The position numbers were made by a program, and so were the translations under genes. The notes under the pieces were generated by a model. That model was given only the letters and a program-made list of their open reading frames with translations. It did no database searches and was not told where the DNA came from. Shown piece after piece: positions 1 through 10,440 of a DNA stretch of 64,000 nucleotides. Source of the stretch: an uncultured Gemmatimonadales bacterium (GTDB taxonomy: Bacteria > Gemmatimonadota > Gemmatimonadetes > Gemmatimonadales > GWC2-71-9); NCBI GenBank assembly GCA_963739455.1, contig CAVUAK010000001.1:32001-96000 (forward strand), in the 5' to 3' direction. Every line of letters starts with the position of its first letter. Position 1 is the first letter of the stretch.

Positions 1-4
1 GTTC

Positions 5-529
5 ATGCTGGGTCACAGCGCCGGCGGGGTGGTGTCGTGCATGTACGCCTTCGACCACCAGGCGGAACTGGCGGGGCTGATCTGCATGAGTTTCGCCTTC
101 CAGGTGCCGGCACCGGACTTTGCGCTGGCGACGCTCAAGGGGCTGAGCCACATCGCGCCACATGCGCACGTGCTCAAGCTGAAGAATGAGGACTTTTCGC
201 GCGACCCCAGGGCGGTGCAGGCCATGAACGCCGACCCGTTGATCGCGCACGAGTCGCAGCCGACGCTGACGGTGGCGGAAATGGTGCGCGCGGACGAGCG
301 ACTGAAGACTGAGTTCCCGCGGTTCACGCTACCCCTGCTGATCATGCACGGCACCGGGGACAAGGCGACGAGGCCGAGCGGGAGCCAGCTGTTCTTTGAC
401 AAGGCGGGATCGGCGGACAAGACACTGAAACTGTACGACGGGCACTATCACGACATGCTGAACGACGTGGGGAAGGAAACGGTGATGGGGGACATCAAGG
501 AGTGGATCGGGAAGCACCTGCCGGGCTAG
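5..529 (+). CDS. Alpha/beta hydrolase, lysophospholipase/monoacylglycerol lipase family (5'-truncated at window edge)
   Basis: GHSAGG nucleophile elbow, HGTGD acid motif, GHYHD catalytic His region. Confidence 0.85.
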   Translation: MLGHSAGGVVSCMYAFDHQAELAGLICMSFAFQVPAPDFALATLKGLSHIAPHAHVLKLKNEDFSRDPRAVQAMNADPLIAHESQPTLTVAEMVRADERLKTEFPRFTLPLLIMHGTGDKATRPSGSQLFFDKAGSADKTLKLYDGHYHDMLNDVGKETVMGDIKEWIGKHLPG

Positions 530-555
530 GGCGATCCCGCCGTTAGCTTTCGGGC

Positions 556-1864
556 ATGACCCTGGCCCCGTTCGAACCGGCCCCGACGTCTCCCGCCGAA
601 TTGCCTGCCGTTCCGCTCCCCGAGGTGCGGAACGAGGCAATCAAGGCCGCCGAACTCGCGAGCATGAAGCGAAAGGCGACCGGCCTGCTGCTGCTCGCCG
701 CGGTGGTATTCCTCGTCGCCATCTACTTCGAGACGCGCTACACCTGGGTGACCTGGGTGCGGGCCGGCGCCGAGGCCGCGATGGTGGGTGGGCTGGCGGA
801 CTGGTTCGCGGTGACGGCGCTGTTCCGTCACCCGCTGGGCATCCCCATTCCGCACACGGCGATCATCCCGACGCGGAAGGAGCGGATCGCGCGGATCCTG
901 GCGGACTTCTTCGAGCGAAATTTCTTCACGCGCGAGGTGCTGGCGGAGCGGCTGCACCAGCTCGGCCTGGCGGAGCGGCTGGGTTCCTGGCTGGCCAACC
1001 CGGACAACGCGCGGATCATCTCGCGGCAGCTGGTGCGGGCTGCGGCGGGTGCCGCCGACGCGGTGCCGGAGGACGCGGCGCGCGCGTTCGTGGACCGGAG
1101 CATCGTGGGGCGGCTGCGGGGAATCCCGGCGGCCCCGGTGGCGGCGCGCGCCATCGAGTCACTGATGACGGATGGAAAGCACCAGGAGCTGCTTGACCGG
1201 ATGTTGGGCGTCGTGAACGGGGTGCTGGAGAAGAATGGGGAGTTCATCCGGAAGCGGATCGGGGAAGAGTCGCCGTGGTGGGTGCCGGACGCGGCGGAGC
1301 AGAAGCTGTATGAGAAGGTGGTGGGGGCGATCGAGCGGACGCTGCAGGCGATTGCCGCCGATCCGGATCATCCGCTCCGGGGACAGTTTGACGTGGCGTT
1401 GAGGGAGTTCGCGGAGCGTCTCAAGAGTGCGCCGAGGACGATCGAGCGGGCGGAGGAGATAAAGGAGGACCTGCTGAAGTCGCCGGCGGTGCTGGACCTG
1501 TCGGGGAAGTTGTGGGGGGACGTGCGGTCGACGCTGCGGCGGTACGCGGATGACCCTGAAGGGGATGAGCCGCCGGAGCTGGAGCGGGCGATCCAGTCGT
1601 TCGGGGCGACGATGCTGGGGGATCCGGAGCTGCAGGGCGCGGATCGACAAGGCGGTGGCCGACGCGGTGGCCGGGCTGGCTGAGAAGCACCGGAGTCATG
1701 TGGGGGAGCTGATTACAGAGACGGTGTCGAGGTGGGATGGGGCTGAGACCGCGCGGCGGCTGGAGCTGCAGGTGGGGCGGGATCTTCAGTATGTCAGGAT
1801 CAACGGGACGCTGGTGGGGGGACTCGTGGGGCTGCTGCTTCATCTGCTGAGGCAGGTGCTCTAG
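556..1864 (+). CDS. DUF445 family membrane protein (frameshift near 1636)
   Basis: AEAAMVGGLADWFAVTALFRHPLGIPIPHTAIIP N-terminal motif; C-terminal VGRDLQYVRINGTLVGGLVG lies in the other frame (ORF 1550..1864). Confidence 0.85.
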
Positions 1865-1866
1865 CC

Positions 1867-2004
1867 AAGGTGTAAGTCTGGTCGGGCGGGGCGCCTGGCT
1901 CGGGGAAAGGAGAACGCACGCCGGGGTTCCCCGTCGATCCGAGGCAACCGTGCGTTCTACGATCCCCTTCGCCAGGCGCCCCATCCCTCCCAGCCAGCCA
2001 CCTT
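1867..2004. ncRNA. Candidate structured non-coding RNA (long imperfect hairpin)
   Basis: Nested inverted repeats: AAGGTG/CACCTT, GGGGCGCCTGGC/GCCAGGCGCCCC (12 bp), GGGGA/TCCCC, AGAACGCACG/CGTGCGTTCT (10 bp). Confidence 0.45.
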
Positions 2005-2137
2005 CGATTTCCGCCCCCTGCCCTCCCGGCCCAGTGAGGATCGCATCCTGCGCGCAGATTCCTGCACCCCAGAACTGGCGCTTGACCCGCCCAGCGCCAG
2101 AGGGGGATCTTTGCGCATGCGGAAGCACCAGACTCAC

Positions 2138-4485
2138 ATGACAGGCCGGCGACTTCGGGACGCTCTCCCGCAGCCGCAGGAGTACGCGTGCCTGCTGACG
2201 CCGGACGGGTTCCTGGCGCGGGTGAGTCCGGACCTGGAGCGGGACTTCGGCCCGGCCGCCGAGACGCTCCATGGGCAGTTGTTCAGCTCGCTGGTGCAGG
2301 CCGACGACCAGGTGGCGGTGCGGGCCGCGCTCTCATGGATCCGGGATGACGGTGCACCGGTGGTCTTCGAGTGCCGCTGGCATCACAACGACGGAAGCTG
2401 GCGCTGGCTGGAGTGGACGGTCGCCCGGCGGCCGGGCGAGACGGTGCTGGTGTCAGTAGGTCGTGATGTCACGCGCTGGCGGGAGGACGAGGCACTCGCG
2501 CTGGGGCAGTCGCGGGTGCTGGAGCAGATCGTCAGCAACGCGCCGTTGCACGAAGTGCTGGCCGCGGTGTGCGTGACACTGGAAGCAACTTCGGATCGCA
2601 TCCGCGCCGCGGTGCACGTGGTCGATCATCCCACCAACACGTTGCGACTCGCCGCGGGCTCTGCGCTGGACGAGAACCTGCAGCGTCTCCTCGCGGTGCT
2701 TCCGCTCGACGAAGGCCCCGGTGCCGCCGTGGCTGCCGCGCGGCGGCGCGAACTGGTGGTGACCGGCGACCTGGCGGGTGCCACGCTCTGGAGCAACCAG
2801 CGGGAGGCGCCGCTGTCGTACGGGCTGCGCGCGGAGTGGGCGCTGCCGGTGCTGTCTCCCACCGGCGACATGCTCGCGGTGATCGCGGCCTACCTCACGG
2901 TGCCGGGCGAGCCGCTGCCGCGGGAGCGACAGGCGCTTGGCACTGCCGCGGAGCTGGTGCGTCTCGCGCTCACGAGCGAGCGGCGGAGTCACCAGTCTTC
3001 CCTGCTGGGCGATGCACTGCTCTCGGCGGGCGACGTGGTGATGGTGCTGGATGCCGCGAGCATCGCGAGTGCGCGGCGGATCCGCTGGGTGAACTCGGCG
3101 TTCGAGCGGCGTCTCGGCCTGTCGCGCGCGGATGTGCTGGGCCGGACGCTGGACATGCTCGCCGGTCCCGACACCGATCGCACGTCACTCGAGCGCATCG
3201 ATCGCGCGCTGGATGCGGGGCTGCCGGTGCTGCAGGATTTCCTGGCGTATGGCCGAGACGGCGCGCCGCCGATCTGGCTCGAGCTGGACGTGAGCCCGGT
3301 GCGCGACCTGCGGCACGTCACGACGGGCTGGGTGGCGGTGGGCCGCGACATCACCGGTCCCAAGCTGGCCGACGAGGCGCTCGCGCGAAGCGAGGAGCAT
3401 GTGCAGCGGGCACTCGCCGCGGCGGGAATGGCGACGTGGGAGTGGGATGCCGATCGTCGCGCGCTCGACTGCTCGGAGACGTTCGGCCCGCTGTTCGGCC
3501 TGCCGCATGGCGCCGCGTTCGCGACGTTCGCGGAACTGCTGGAGCGGACGCATCCCGATGACCGGGACCTGCTGCTGCAGGCGCGGAACATCCTCTATCG
3601 GGGCGGCCGAGTGCGTGAGGTGCAGTGGCGGGTGCTGCTGCCCGATGGCGAGGTGCGCTGGGTTCGCGCGCACATGCAGGCGGAGCGGGACAGGGGATGG
3701 TGGTTGAAGCGAGTTGCGGGGGTGATTGCGGAGGCGGAGGAGCCGGTTGGAGAGGAGACAGCTGAGGAGGAGTCGGCAGTCGACAGTCTGCAGTCGACAG
3801 GCAGTGAGCAGTCGGCAGCCGATGTGGCGCTGCCGAGGAGCTGGAGGAGGTCGAGGTCGCCACACATGCGGAGCAGCTGGTGGACCTTTCCTCGCTCGTC
3901 GCGGAGTGGAGTCCGTCGTTCCGGAAGTTCACGGTGGGCGCGGCGTCGCTGCACCTGCGCCTTGCTCCGGGACTGGCGTCGGTCTACGGCGAGCCGGAGT
4001 CGCTTCGCGCCGCGGTGGTGGAACTGGTGAAGAACGCCGCTGAGGGACTGGATACGGCGGGAGGGGTGATTTCGCTGGCGACGGGAACGGTGGAGGCGAC
4101 GCGGGCATTCCTGGCGTCGGCGTACTTCGACGACGGGTTGCCGGCGGGGCGCTACGCGTACATCGAGGTGTCGGACACCGGTCGCGGGATGGATGCGGCG
4201 ACGGTGACGCGGATCTTCGAGCCAGACTTCTCGACGCGCGGGGATGATCGTGGTGCGGGTCTCGCGACGGTGCTTGAGGTGGTGCGGGCGCACCGGGGTG
4301 CGATCCAGGTGTACAGCAAGCCGGATATCGGCACGACGGTGCGGGTGCTGGTGCCGACCGAGGTGCTGGTGCGGTCGGGGCGGAACGGTCACCATGTAAT
4401 TGGCGATGTGGCACCGGTGGACGTGACGCGGGAGAGGCTGGTGGCGCTGACGGCGCGGATGAGGGAGACGGATATGGCGAGTTGA
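2138..4485 (+). CDS. PAS-GAF-PAS-PAS sensor with C-terminal HATPase_c domain; no recognisable HisKA/DHp; frameshift near 3830
   Basis: PAS motifs (DGSWRWLEW, WVNSAFERRLG, THPDDRD, DGEVRWV) and GAF; ORF 3880..4485 has N box (ELVKNAAE), G1 (EVSDTGRGM), F box (RIFEPDFST) and G2 (GAGLA). Confidence 0.75.
3770..3822 (+). repeat. Degenerate heptamer tandem repeat (CAGTCGN) inside the kinase-like CDS
   Basis: gagtcgg cagtcga cagtctg cagtcga ... cagtgag cagtcgg cagccga. Confidence 0.7.
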
Positions 4486-4553
4486 GTCATCAGTCATCAG
4501 TCATCAGTCGTCAGTCGGCAGTGAGGGGTGAGGGGTGAGGGGTGAGGGGTGAG
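4484..4553 (+). repeat. Ten-unit heptamer tandem array grading from CAGTCAT to GGGTGAG
   Basis: gagtcat cagtcat cagtcat cagtcgt cagtcgg cagtgag (gggtgag)x4, unbroken 7-nt register. Confidence 0.9.
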
Positions 4554-4577
4554 GGGGCCCATGAATTGAGGGAGGGT

Positions 4578-5090
4578 GTGTTGAGGCGAGTTTTGCTTGC
4601 GCTGATTCTTTCGCTGCCGCCGATATCGGCGGCTTTTTCACAACAGGCTCCCTCGAAGCCGATACGGGCGACGACGCCGTGCACCGTCACGAAGCTATCG
4701 GACGGGGACTCGTTCGCATGTGCGGGACTGGGGCGGGTACGGATGCTGGGCATCGATGCCCCGGAGCTGAGCCAGAAGCCGTTCGGAACCAGGTCGCGCG
4801 ATGCACTGCTGGCATTGATGCCGATCGGGAGCGTGGTACAGCTGGAGCAGGATGTGCAGGCACGGGACCGGAATGGTCGACTGCTGGCGTACGTATGGCG
4901 GAATGGGAAAATGGTGAACTGGGAGATGGTGCGGGCGGGGTGGGTCGTGACGCTGACGTATGCGCCGAACGTGCAGTACGTGGACCAGCTGCGGAGCGCC
5001 AGTAAGGCGGCCCAGCGGGATTCGCTGGGCCTGTGGGCAGTGAATGGTTTCGCCTGCCTGCCGTTCGATCATCGACATGGGCAGTGCTGA
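4578..5090 (+). CDS. Secreted thermonuclease (SNase-like)
   Basis: Signal peptide; SDGDSF, RVRMLGIDAPE, RDRNGRLLAYV, GLW motifs. Confidence 0.9.
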   Translation: MLRRVLLALILSLPPISAAFSQQAPSKPIRATTPCTVTKLSDGDSFACAGLGRVRMLGIDAPELSQKPFGTRSRDALLALMPIGSVVQLEQDVQARDRNGRLLAYVWRNGKMVNWEMVRAGWVVTLTYAPNVQYVDQLRSASKAAQRDSLGLWAVNGFACLPFDHRHGQC

Positions 5091-5116
5091 GCCGACGTGA
5101 GCGCACCGCCATTTTA

Positions 5117-6577
5117 CTACGGCGTTCTTGTCGCCTCCCAACGTCCGGTGGTCGAGACCGTCCCGTTGAACGTGCGACGGTTGCTGACAATGCACACCGC
5201 TCGCCCAGAGAGATGATCAACCGGTGGCGCGAGGCGGCCGGCGGCGAAAGTGCAGCTGCCAAACCTGAAGACCACGCCTGAGGTAAAGGCTACCACCGTT
5301 CCGTGCAGCGTCTGACTTGAGCAGGACATTCGACCGGGGCCGGTAACGGCGACGTCGAACACCGAATCGGGCGACGCCGCCGCCACTGTTACTTGCAGGT
5401 TGCCGCTGCACCCCAGCGCGGCGTCACGCCCGGTGCCAGCGGCCGAGAATGACAGCGTCCAGCCGCCCGAGAGCGACACCGGCGTGCGCGGGTTCACCGT
5501 GATCACCGCCGAGCCCGAAGCGCCCTCGGCGGTGACAGTGATCGTCGCCACTCCCTCGCCGATCGCCGACACCCTGCCCGTCGAATCGACTGCTGCGACT
5601 GCCGGGTTGTCGGACCGCCAGGTCCGTCGTCCCAGCAGAGGGCCGAGTGCGTCCTGGACGGTGGCGGAGAGCGTGGTCGTCTCCGTGGTGAAAAGGAGGG
5701 TTACTGGAGACGACACCGTAACGGTCGCTCCCGACACCATGGCATAGGCAACGGGGATCGCAACCGGCACATCGGGCGCCGACACGTCCACCCGCGAGAG
5801 CGGAAGCGCAGGGCGCCAGGTTCGGTCAGACAACAGGACGCTCCCTGACGAAATGATGTATGTGCCGGGAATGAGGTAGTGGAGCGCCGTGGTGCCCGTG
5901 AAATGCTGCAGAAAGTTCAACGGCCCGGAGACGGAAATGTCCGCCAGGGCGCCGGCGGGGAGGCCCGAGACGGTGACCTGTAGCGCGATGTCCTGTTCCC
6001 GATAGGAAAAGGGTGCAGCGACGGGCACGGTCGAGTCTGTGACCGTGATGGTTGCCGATGCCGGAGTCGGCGCGTAGGGGTGGCCGCCCACCACTGTGTT
6101 CGTCGCCGCGATGGTGTAGGTGCCCGGCCCAGGAATCGTCACCGTACCTGATGCGGTGACGGCTTTCGCGAAGGAGGGTCCGGTGACCGTGATGTTCGCG
6201 CCGACGCCATCTGGAAGGCCAGACACACTCAGGACAAAGCCATAGGGTCCCGTTCGGCGATACAGCACCGTTGCTTCGGCGGTGGAGGACGCCGTGACCT
6301 CTACCGTCAGCGATGGCTGTTCGGCGGCGTAGTCGGCGCCCCCGACCACCACCGCTTGTGCGGAAATGGTGTATGACCCGACGGCGAGCGAAGGAATGGT
6401 GCTCGTTCCCGTCACTTCCTGAGTGAACCCCGAGGGTCCAGTGACGGTGATCGCCGCCGGCGTGTTCAGGCCGGAGACGGTGATCGTGAGGCTTCCCGTC
6501 TCAGGGCCTGACTGCTCCTGCGTGGAGCAGGCGGCCAGGAGGAGCAGGAGCAGTGGGCGCACTTGGGCGGGTTTCAT
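5117..6577 (-). CDS. Lipoprotein with repeated beta-sandwich modules and a Big_2-type Ig-like domain
   Basis: Lipobox LLAAC; three related (V/L)xVSGLPxG...VTGP modules; WRSDNPAVAAVDSTGRVSAIGEG Big_2-like motif. Confidence 0.75.
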   Translation of the reverse strand: MKPAQVRPLLLLLLAACSTQEQSGPETGSLTITVSGLNTPAAITVTGPSGFTQEVTGTSTIPSLAVGSYTISAQAVVVGGADYAAEQPSLTVEVTASSTAEATVLYRRTGPYGFVLSVSGLPDGVGANITVTGPSFAKAVTASGTVTIPGPGTYTIAATNTVVGGHPYAPTPASATITVTDSTVPVAAPFSYREQDIALQVTVSGLPAGALADISVSGPLNFLQHFTGTTALHYLIPGTYIISSGSVLLSDRTWRPALPLSRVDVSAPDVPVAIPVAYAMVSGATVTVSSPVTLLFTTETTTLSATVQDALGPLLGRRTWRSDNPAVAAVDSTGRVSAIGEGVATITVTAEGASGSAVITVNPRTPVSLSGGWTLSFSAAGTGRDAALGCSGNLQVTVAAASPDSVFDVAVTGPGRMSCSSQTLHGTVVAFTSGVVFRFGSCTFAAGRLAPPVDHLSGRAVCIVSNRRTFNGTVSTTGRWEATRTP

Positions 6578-6612
6578 TTCATCATCTCCGTGTGAGTTCG
6601 CTTGTCGCGGCC

Positions 6613-6655
6613 AAGATGCGACGGAAGCCTCAGCAAGACCTCATCTCCGCCTCCT
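6613..6655 (-). promoter_or_regulatory. Direct-repeat operator/promoter: AGGAGG-N5-ATGAGG-N5-CTGAGG-N9-CATCTT
   Basis: Exact 11-bp periodicity (6650, 6639, 6628); shares the 12-mer GACCTCATCTCC and the spacing with 7867..7921. Confidence 0.6.
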
Positions 6656-6672
6656 GCCGTGACACCAACAGA

Positions 6673-6701
6673 CCCCGCCGAGCAGGCAAGCTCGTGCGGG
6701 G
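6673..6701 (-). terminator. Hairpin downstream of the TolB-like gene
   Basis: CCCCGC-CGAGC / GCTCG-T-GCGGGG stem followed on the minus strand by TCTGTT. Confidence 0.5.
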
Positions 6702-6729
6702 CTTGTCGTTACGTACGATTTCCGGACGG

Positions 6730-7818
6730 CTATCGGTGCGTGCCCCACGCCGCGTAGGCGTAGAACTGACGATCCTGCGACAGCTTGAGGACGTGGCTTC
6801 CGTCCAGGTCCATGGTGTAGATGAGCGAATCCCTGTCATCGCCGGTACCGGCGTCATGCTGGAATACGATCTTGCGGCCATCGGGAGAGAACTTCCCACC
6901 GATGTTGGATGGCCCGCTGAGCCCGCTTGGCGTCAGCAGGGTGATATGGCTGCCGTCCGGATGAACGGTGTAGAGCTGCTCCTTTCCGAGCGGTTCGATG
7001 TCGTAGTGCGATGTGACGATGATCAGCCGCCCGTCGGGGGACCAATCGGGTTCGGTGGCATTGAGCTGCCACGGCGTAATCCGGCGGGCGTCGCTGCCGT
7101 CAGCATTGCTCACGAAGATTGCCTGCCGATTGGCGGGCTCGGCGACGTCATTGATACGGGTGAAGGCGATGCGTCGGCCGTCCGGGGACCAGGCGGCCCA
7201 CTGGTCGGTCGAGCCAGTCCCAAGCCGGCGCTGGGTGACCTGCACCGGGTTGCTTCCGTCGGCGTTCATGATCCAGATACCGACCGTAAGCGCGGTCTCG
7301 TCTCCGTAGGCCTCCGCGAACGCGATCCGGCGCCCGTCCGGGGAGTACGCCGGATTGGCGACGCCGAGGCAGAGGCCGGTGCAGAAGGTGAGCTGCGTGA
7401 GGCCGCTGCCATTCGCGTTGGCCCGAAAGAACTGGTGCGTGCCGTCCGCCGTGTAGTCCCTTTCAAATACGATCATCGAGCCGTCGGGCGACCAATCAGG
7501 ACTGTAGTCGTCATGGACGCCTGGTATGGGCGTGCTGAGCTGCTGATAGTCGGTCCCATCCGGATTGGCGGAATAGATCGCGAAGCCGGTGTAGCTGATG
7601 TAGCGACTGAAGGCGATGCGTCCGTTCTTCGGGGAGGCGCAATCGTTGTGGTGGGAGAAGCAGTTGTGCTTCGACAGTTCAGTGTCCTCGAGCGGGGCTG
7701 CTGCGTCAGGCGCCGCCGGGCTGATACTGTTGTCCGCGTTGCAAGCGGAGATGAGGAGCAGGAGCGGGAGAGCGAGCTGATTGAGATGGGCGAGGCGCAG
7801 CGTTTTCGGGGCGCGCAT
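6730..7818 (-). CDS. TolB-like (PD40 repeat) beta-propeller lipoprotein
   Basis: Lipobox LISAC; repeated WSPDG/YSPDG/FSPDG and NADGS motifs. Confidence 0.85.
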   Translation of the reverse strand: MRAPKTLRLAHLNQLALPLLLLISACNADNSISPAAPDAAAPLEDTELSKHNCFSHHNDCASPKNGRIAFSRYISYTGFAIYSANPDGTDYQQLSTPIPGVHDDYSPDWSPDGSMIVFERDYTADGTHQFFRANANGSGLTQLTFCTGLCLGVANPAYSPDGRRIAFAEAYGDETALTVGIWIMNADGSNPVQVTQRRLGTGSTDQWAAWSPDGRRIAFTRINDVAEPANRQAIFVSNADGSDARRITPWQLNATEPDWSPDGRLIIVTSHYDIEPLGKEQLYTVHPDGSHITLLTPSGLSGPSNIGGKFSPDGRKIVFQHDAGTGDDRDSLIYTMDLDGSHVLKLSQDRQFYAYAAWGTHR

Positions 7819-7866
7819 GGTCGTGTCCTCCTGGGTGGGTCGCGAATGGACATCGGTTGCGCGCGG

Positions 7867-7921
7867 ACGATGGCAATCGACGCTCAGCCGAAACCCTCCT
7901 CGACCTCATCTCCAGCCTCAT
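7867..7921 (-). promoter_or_regulatory. Direct-repeat operator/promoter: ATGAGG..ATGAGG..CTGAGC-N9-CATCGT
   Basis: Repeats at 7916, 7904 and 7882 (12 and 22 bp apart); same 9-nt gap to a -10-like hexamer as at 6613..6655. Confidence 0.55.
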
Positions 7922-8031
7922 CCGGGTCGGCGGGCCCGTAGTTGTGCCGCCCTCAATCCGATCCCATGTTATGAGCGCTGCGCAGCTTACGAGTCGCGCT
8001 GCGCCAACCAGCCCCGGCCCCAAGACTCGAT

Positions 8032-10389
8032 GTGGCGGACCTCGTGAGATGCGTCCCGATCGTCGCCTGTCTCCTGATCACGACCGCCGCCCAGGCGGCG
8101 GGGCAGAGCCATGGCCTGATCCGGGGGACGGTACGCACGCGGGGCGGAGCGGCAGCAGGGGCAAGTGTGGTGATCCGAGGAAACCTCGCGTCGGTCACCA
8201 CGACCGACAGCACGGGACATTTTGTCCTCAACGACGTGGCGGCAGGAACGCACCTGCTGGTGGCGACACTCGAGGGCTGGAATGCGGGGAGTGCCTCCGC
8301 CAGCGTGCGCGGTGGCGATACGGTCTCGGTGGTGATTACCCTCGGCAACACGCAGCAGCTTCCGGCCATTTCCGTCTCCGCAACGCGACCGTCGTCCTAC
8401 TACGCAGACAGCTCCGTGGGCGGAACGAAGTTTCCGGTATCACAACTGGACCTTCCGCAGGACATTGTGGTGGTCAACCAGACGGTAATCGACGACCGTC
8501 ATATCACCGCGCCGAACAAGCTCACCAGCAACGTGAGTGGGGTGATCGCGCAGGCGCCCCTCACCGGCGCCGGCCTGAACGAGGCCAACTTCACTTTCCG
8601 CGGCGTACCCACCAGCACCTACAACAACACCCTGCACGATGGATTCCGGGACCTGGGCGCGGTGACGCGAATCGACATGTCGGATGTGGACCATGTCGAA
8701 TTCATCAAGGGCCCGGAGTCGGTGGTGTATGGCGCGGTGGGTTCCCTTGGCGGCATCGCGAACTTCGTCTCCAAGCAGCCGCTGACGCATCGCGCCGGCG
8801 AACTCATGCTGAGCGCCGACGACAACGGTGGCGTACGCTCGACATTCGACCTTGGCGGCCCGTTGTCGCCGGCGAGCGGCATAGGCTACCGAATCACGGC
8901 CGCGGCGGAGCGCCTCCGCAGCTTCCGCGACATGAGCGAGGGCAGCAACGCCTTCGCCATCGCGCCGGTGCTCGGGTGGAAGCCCAGCTCCCGCATCATG
9001 GTCAACTTCACGACGGCCTACACCCAGTCGCGATACCGGGGCGACCCCTACCTCCCGCTCTTCGATGGCTCGTTCGCCCTGCCGGTCTCCCGCTTCTACG
9101 GCGAGCCCGGCGTGCCATTCTCCAAGGCACAGGCGCTGACCCTCCAGGGGATCATTACCTACCGGGTCAGCGACGCGGTGCAGCTGCGCCAGGGGCTGGG
9201 CTACTCCGCCAGCCGCCAGCAGGACTTCAACTACGACCTCGACGGGGTCGATTCGGCGGGCACCGTGCTGCGCGTCTATGGCAGGAGCACCGACCACACG
9301 CGTGACGCCACGTCGCAGACCGAGGTGCTCGCCACGCTGACGTCTGATGGGGTGGCGAACCGGATGGTCATGGGCGTCGAGCTGTTCGCCGAGCACTACA
9401 ACGGCATCTACAGCACCGGCGACTCCATGGCCCCGATCGACCTCAACCACCCGGTCTACGGCGCCGTGCCGTCCGACACCGGTTCGGAGAACCGATACTG
9501 GATACAGCAGAAGCAGCTCGGCGTCTACGCGCAGGACCTGGTGGAGCTGAGCCAGTGGATGAAGGTGATGCTCGGAGCGCGGTTCGACATCAACCGATCA
9601 CAGTTCAGCTACCAGGACGCCGGCGAGACCGCGATCACGCCGCTGCTGGACGGGACGGTGCATCATGTCACGCCACGCGTCGGGCTGGTGTTCCAGCCGG
9701 GGCAGCAAACGTCACTCTACGGATCGTGGGCCAACTCCTTCACGCCGAACATGAGCTGCGCCCGCTGCGGCGACCCGTCGAGCTTCCCCCCGGAGGTCGG
9801 CCGGCAGTTCGAGGCGGGCGTGAAGCAGCAACTCGCACAGGGACGGTTTGGGGCGACGCTCGCCGTGTACCAGCTCACCAAGGAGAACGTGATGATCGGG
9901 GATCCCTCGGATCCGACCGGCAATCGCGTCCTGATCGTGGGGCAGATGCGCAGCCGTGGTATCGAGCTGGATGCCTCGGGCTCACCAGCACCGGGTCTCG
10001 ATCTCGTGGCGGCCTACGCGTTCACCGACGTCAAGGTGACCAAGGGAAACGACCAGTACTTTCCGGTCGGGATGGTTCCAGCGGGCCAGCCGCGCAACCG
10101 CGTGAGTCTCTGGTCCACCTACACAGTGCACCATGGGACCATCAGTGGCTTTGCGCTTGGCGCTGGCGTCACCGCACAGGAGGCGGTGTACGCCACCTGG
10201 GGAGATCCCCTGCGGCTTCCCGGCTACGCCATCCTCGATGCCTTGCTCGGCTATCACGGCCGGTCCTTCATGGTGCAGGTCAACCTCACCAACCTGACCA
10301 ATACGCGGTCGTATCAGGGCGTGAGCACGCTCCGGGTGTCGCCGGGACCACCGCGATCACTCGTGACCTCCGTTGCCTACCGGTTCTGA
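8032..10389 (+). CDS. TonB-dependent receptor (siderophore-receptor type) with N-terminal carboxypeptidase-regulatory-like domain
   Basis: Signal peptide; plug motif VEFIKGPESVVYG..GG..N..SKQP; barrel motifs (TPRVGLVFQP, NLTN); terminal Phe. Confidence 0.9.
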   Translation: MADLVRCVPIVACLLITTAAQAAGQSHGLIRGTVRTRGGAAAGASVVIRGNLASVTTTDSTGHFVLNDVAAGTHLLVATLEGWNAGSASASVRGGDTVSVVITLGNTQQLPAISVSATRPSSYYADSSVGGTKFPVSQLDLPQDIVVVNQTVIDDRHITAPNKLTSNVSGVIAQAPLTGAGLNEANFTFRGVPTSTYNNTLHDGFRDLGAVTRIDMSDVDHVEFIKGPESVVYGAVGSLGGIANFVSKQPLTHRAGELMLSADDNGGVRSTFDLGGPLSPASGIGYRITAAAERLRSFRDMSEGSNAFAIAPVLGWKPSSRIMVNFTTAYTQSRYRGDPYLPLFDGSFALPVSRFYGEPGVPFSKAQALTLQGIITYRVSDAVQLRQGLGYSASRQQDFNYDLDGVDSAGTVLRVYGRSTDHTRDATSQTEVLATLTSDGVANRMVMGVELFAEHYNGIYSTGDSMAPIDLNHPVYGAVPSDTGSENRYWIQQKQLGVYAQDLVELSQWMKVMLGARFDINRSQFSYQDAGETAITPLLDGTVHHVTPRVGLVFQPGQQTSLYGSWANSFTPNMSCARCGDPSSFPPEVGRQFEAGVKQQLAQGRFGATLAVYQLTKENVMIGDPSDPTGNRVLIVGQMRSRGIELDASGSPAPGLDLVAAYAFTDVKVTKGNDQYFPVGMVPAGQPRNRVSLWSTYTVHHGTISGFALGAGVTAQEAVYATWGDPLRLPGYAILDALLGYHGRSFMVQVNLTNLTNTRSYQGVSTLRVSPGPPRSLVTSVAYRF

Positions 10390-10440
10390 CTCGATGCGAC
10401 TCACCACGCCTGGCAGGCTGGCGGACCGGCGGCGCCTCGC

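Noticed and set aside
1867..2004. Assignment of the long hairpin to 6S or SRP RNA
   Set aside because: No SRP CAGG..GGAA..AGCAG motif; no large central bubble and shorter than a typical 6S; left unassigned pending cmscan
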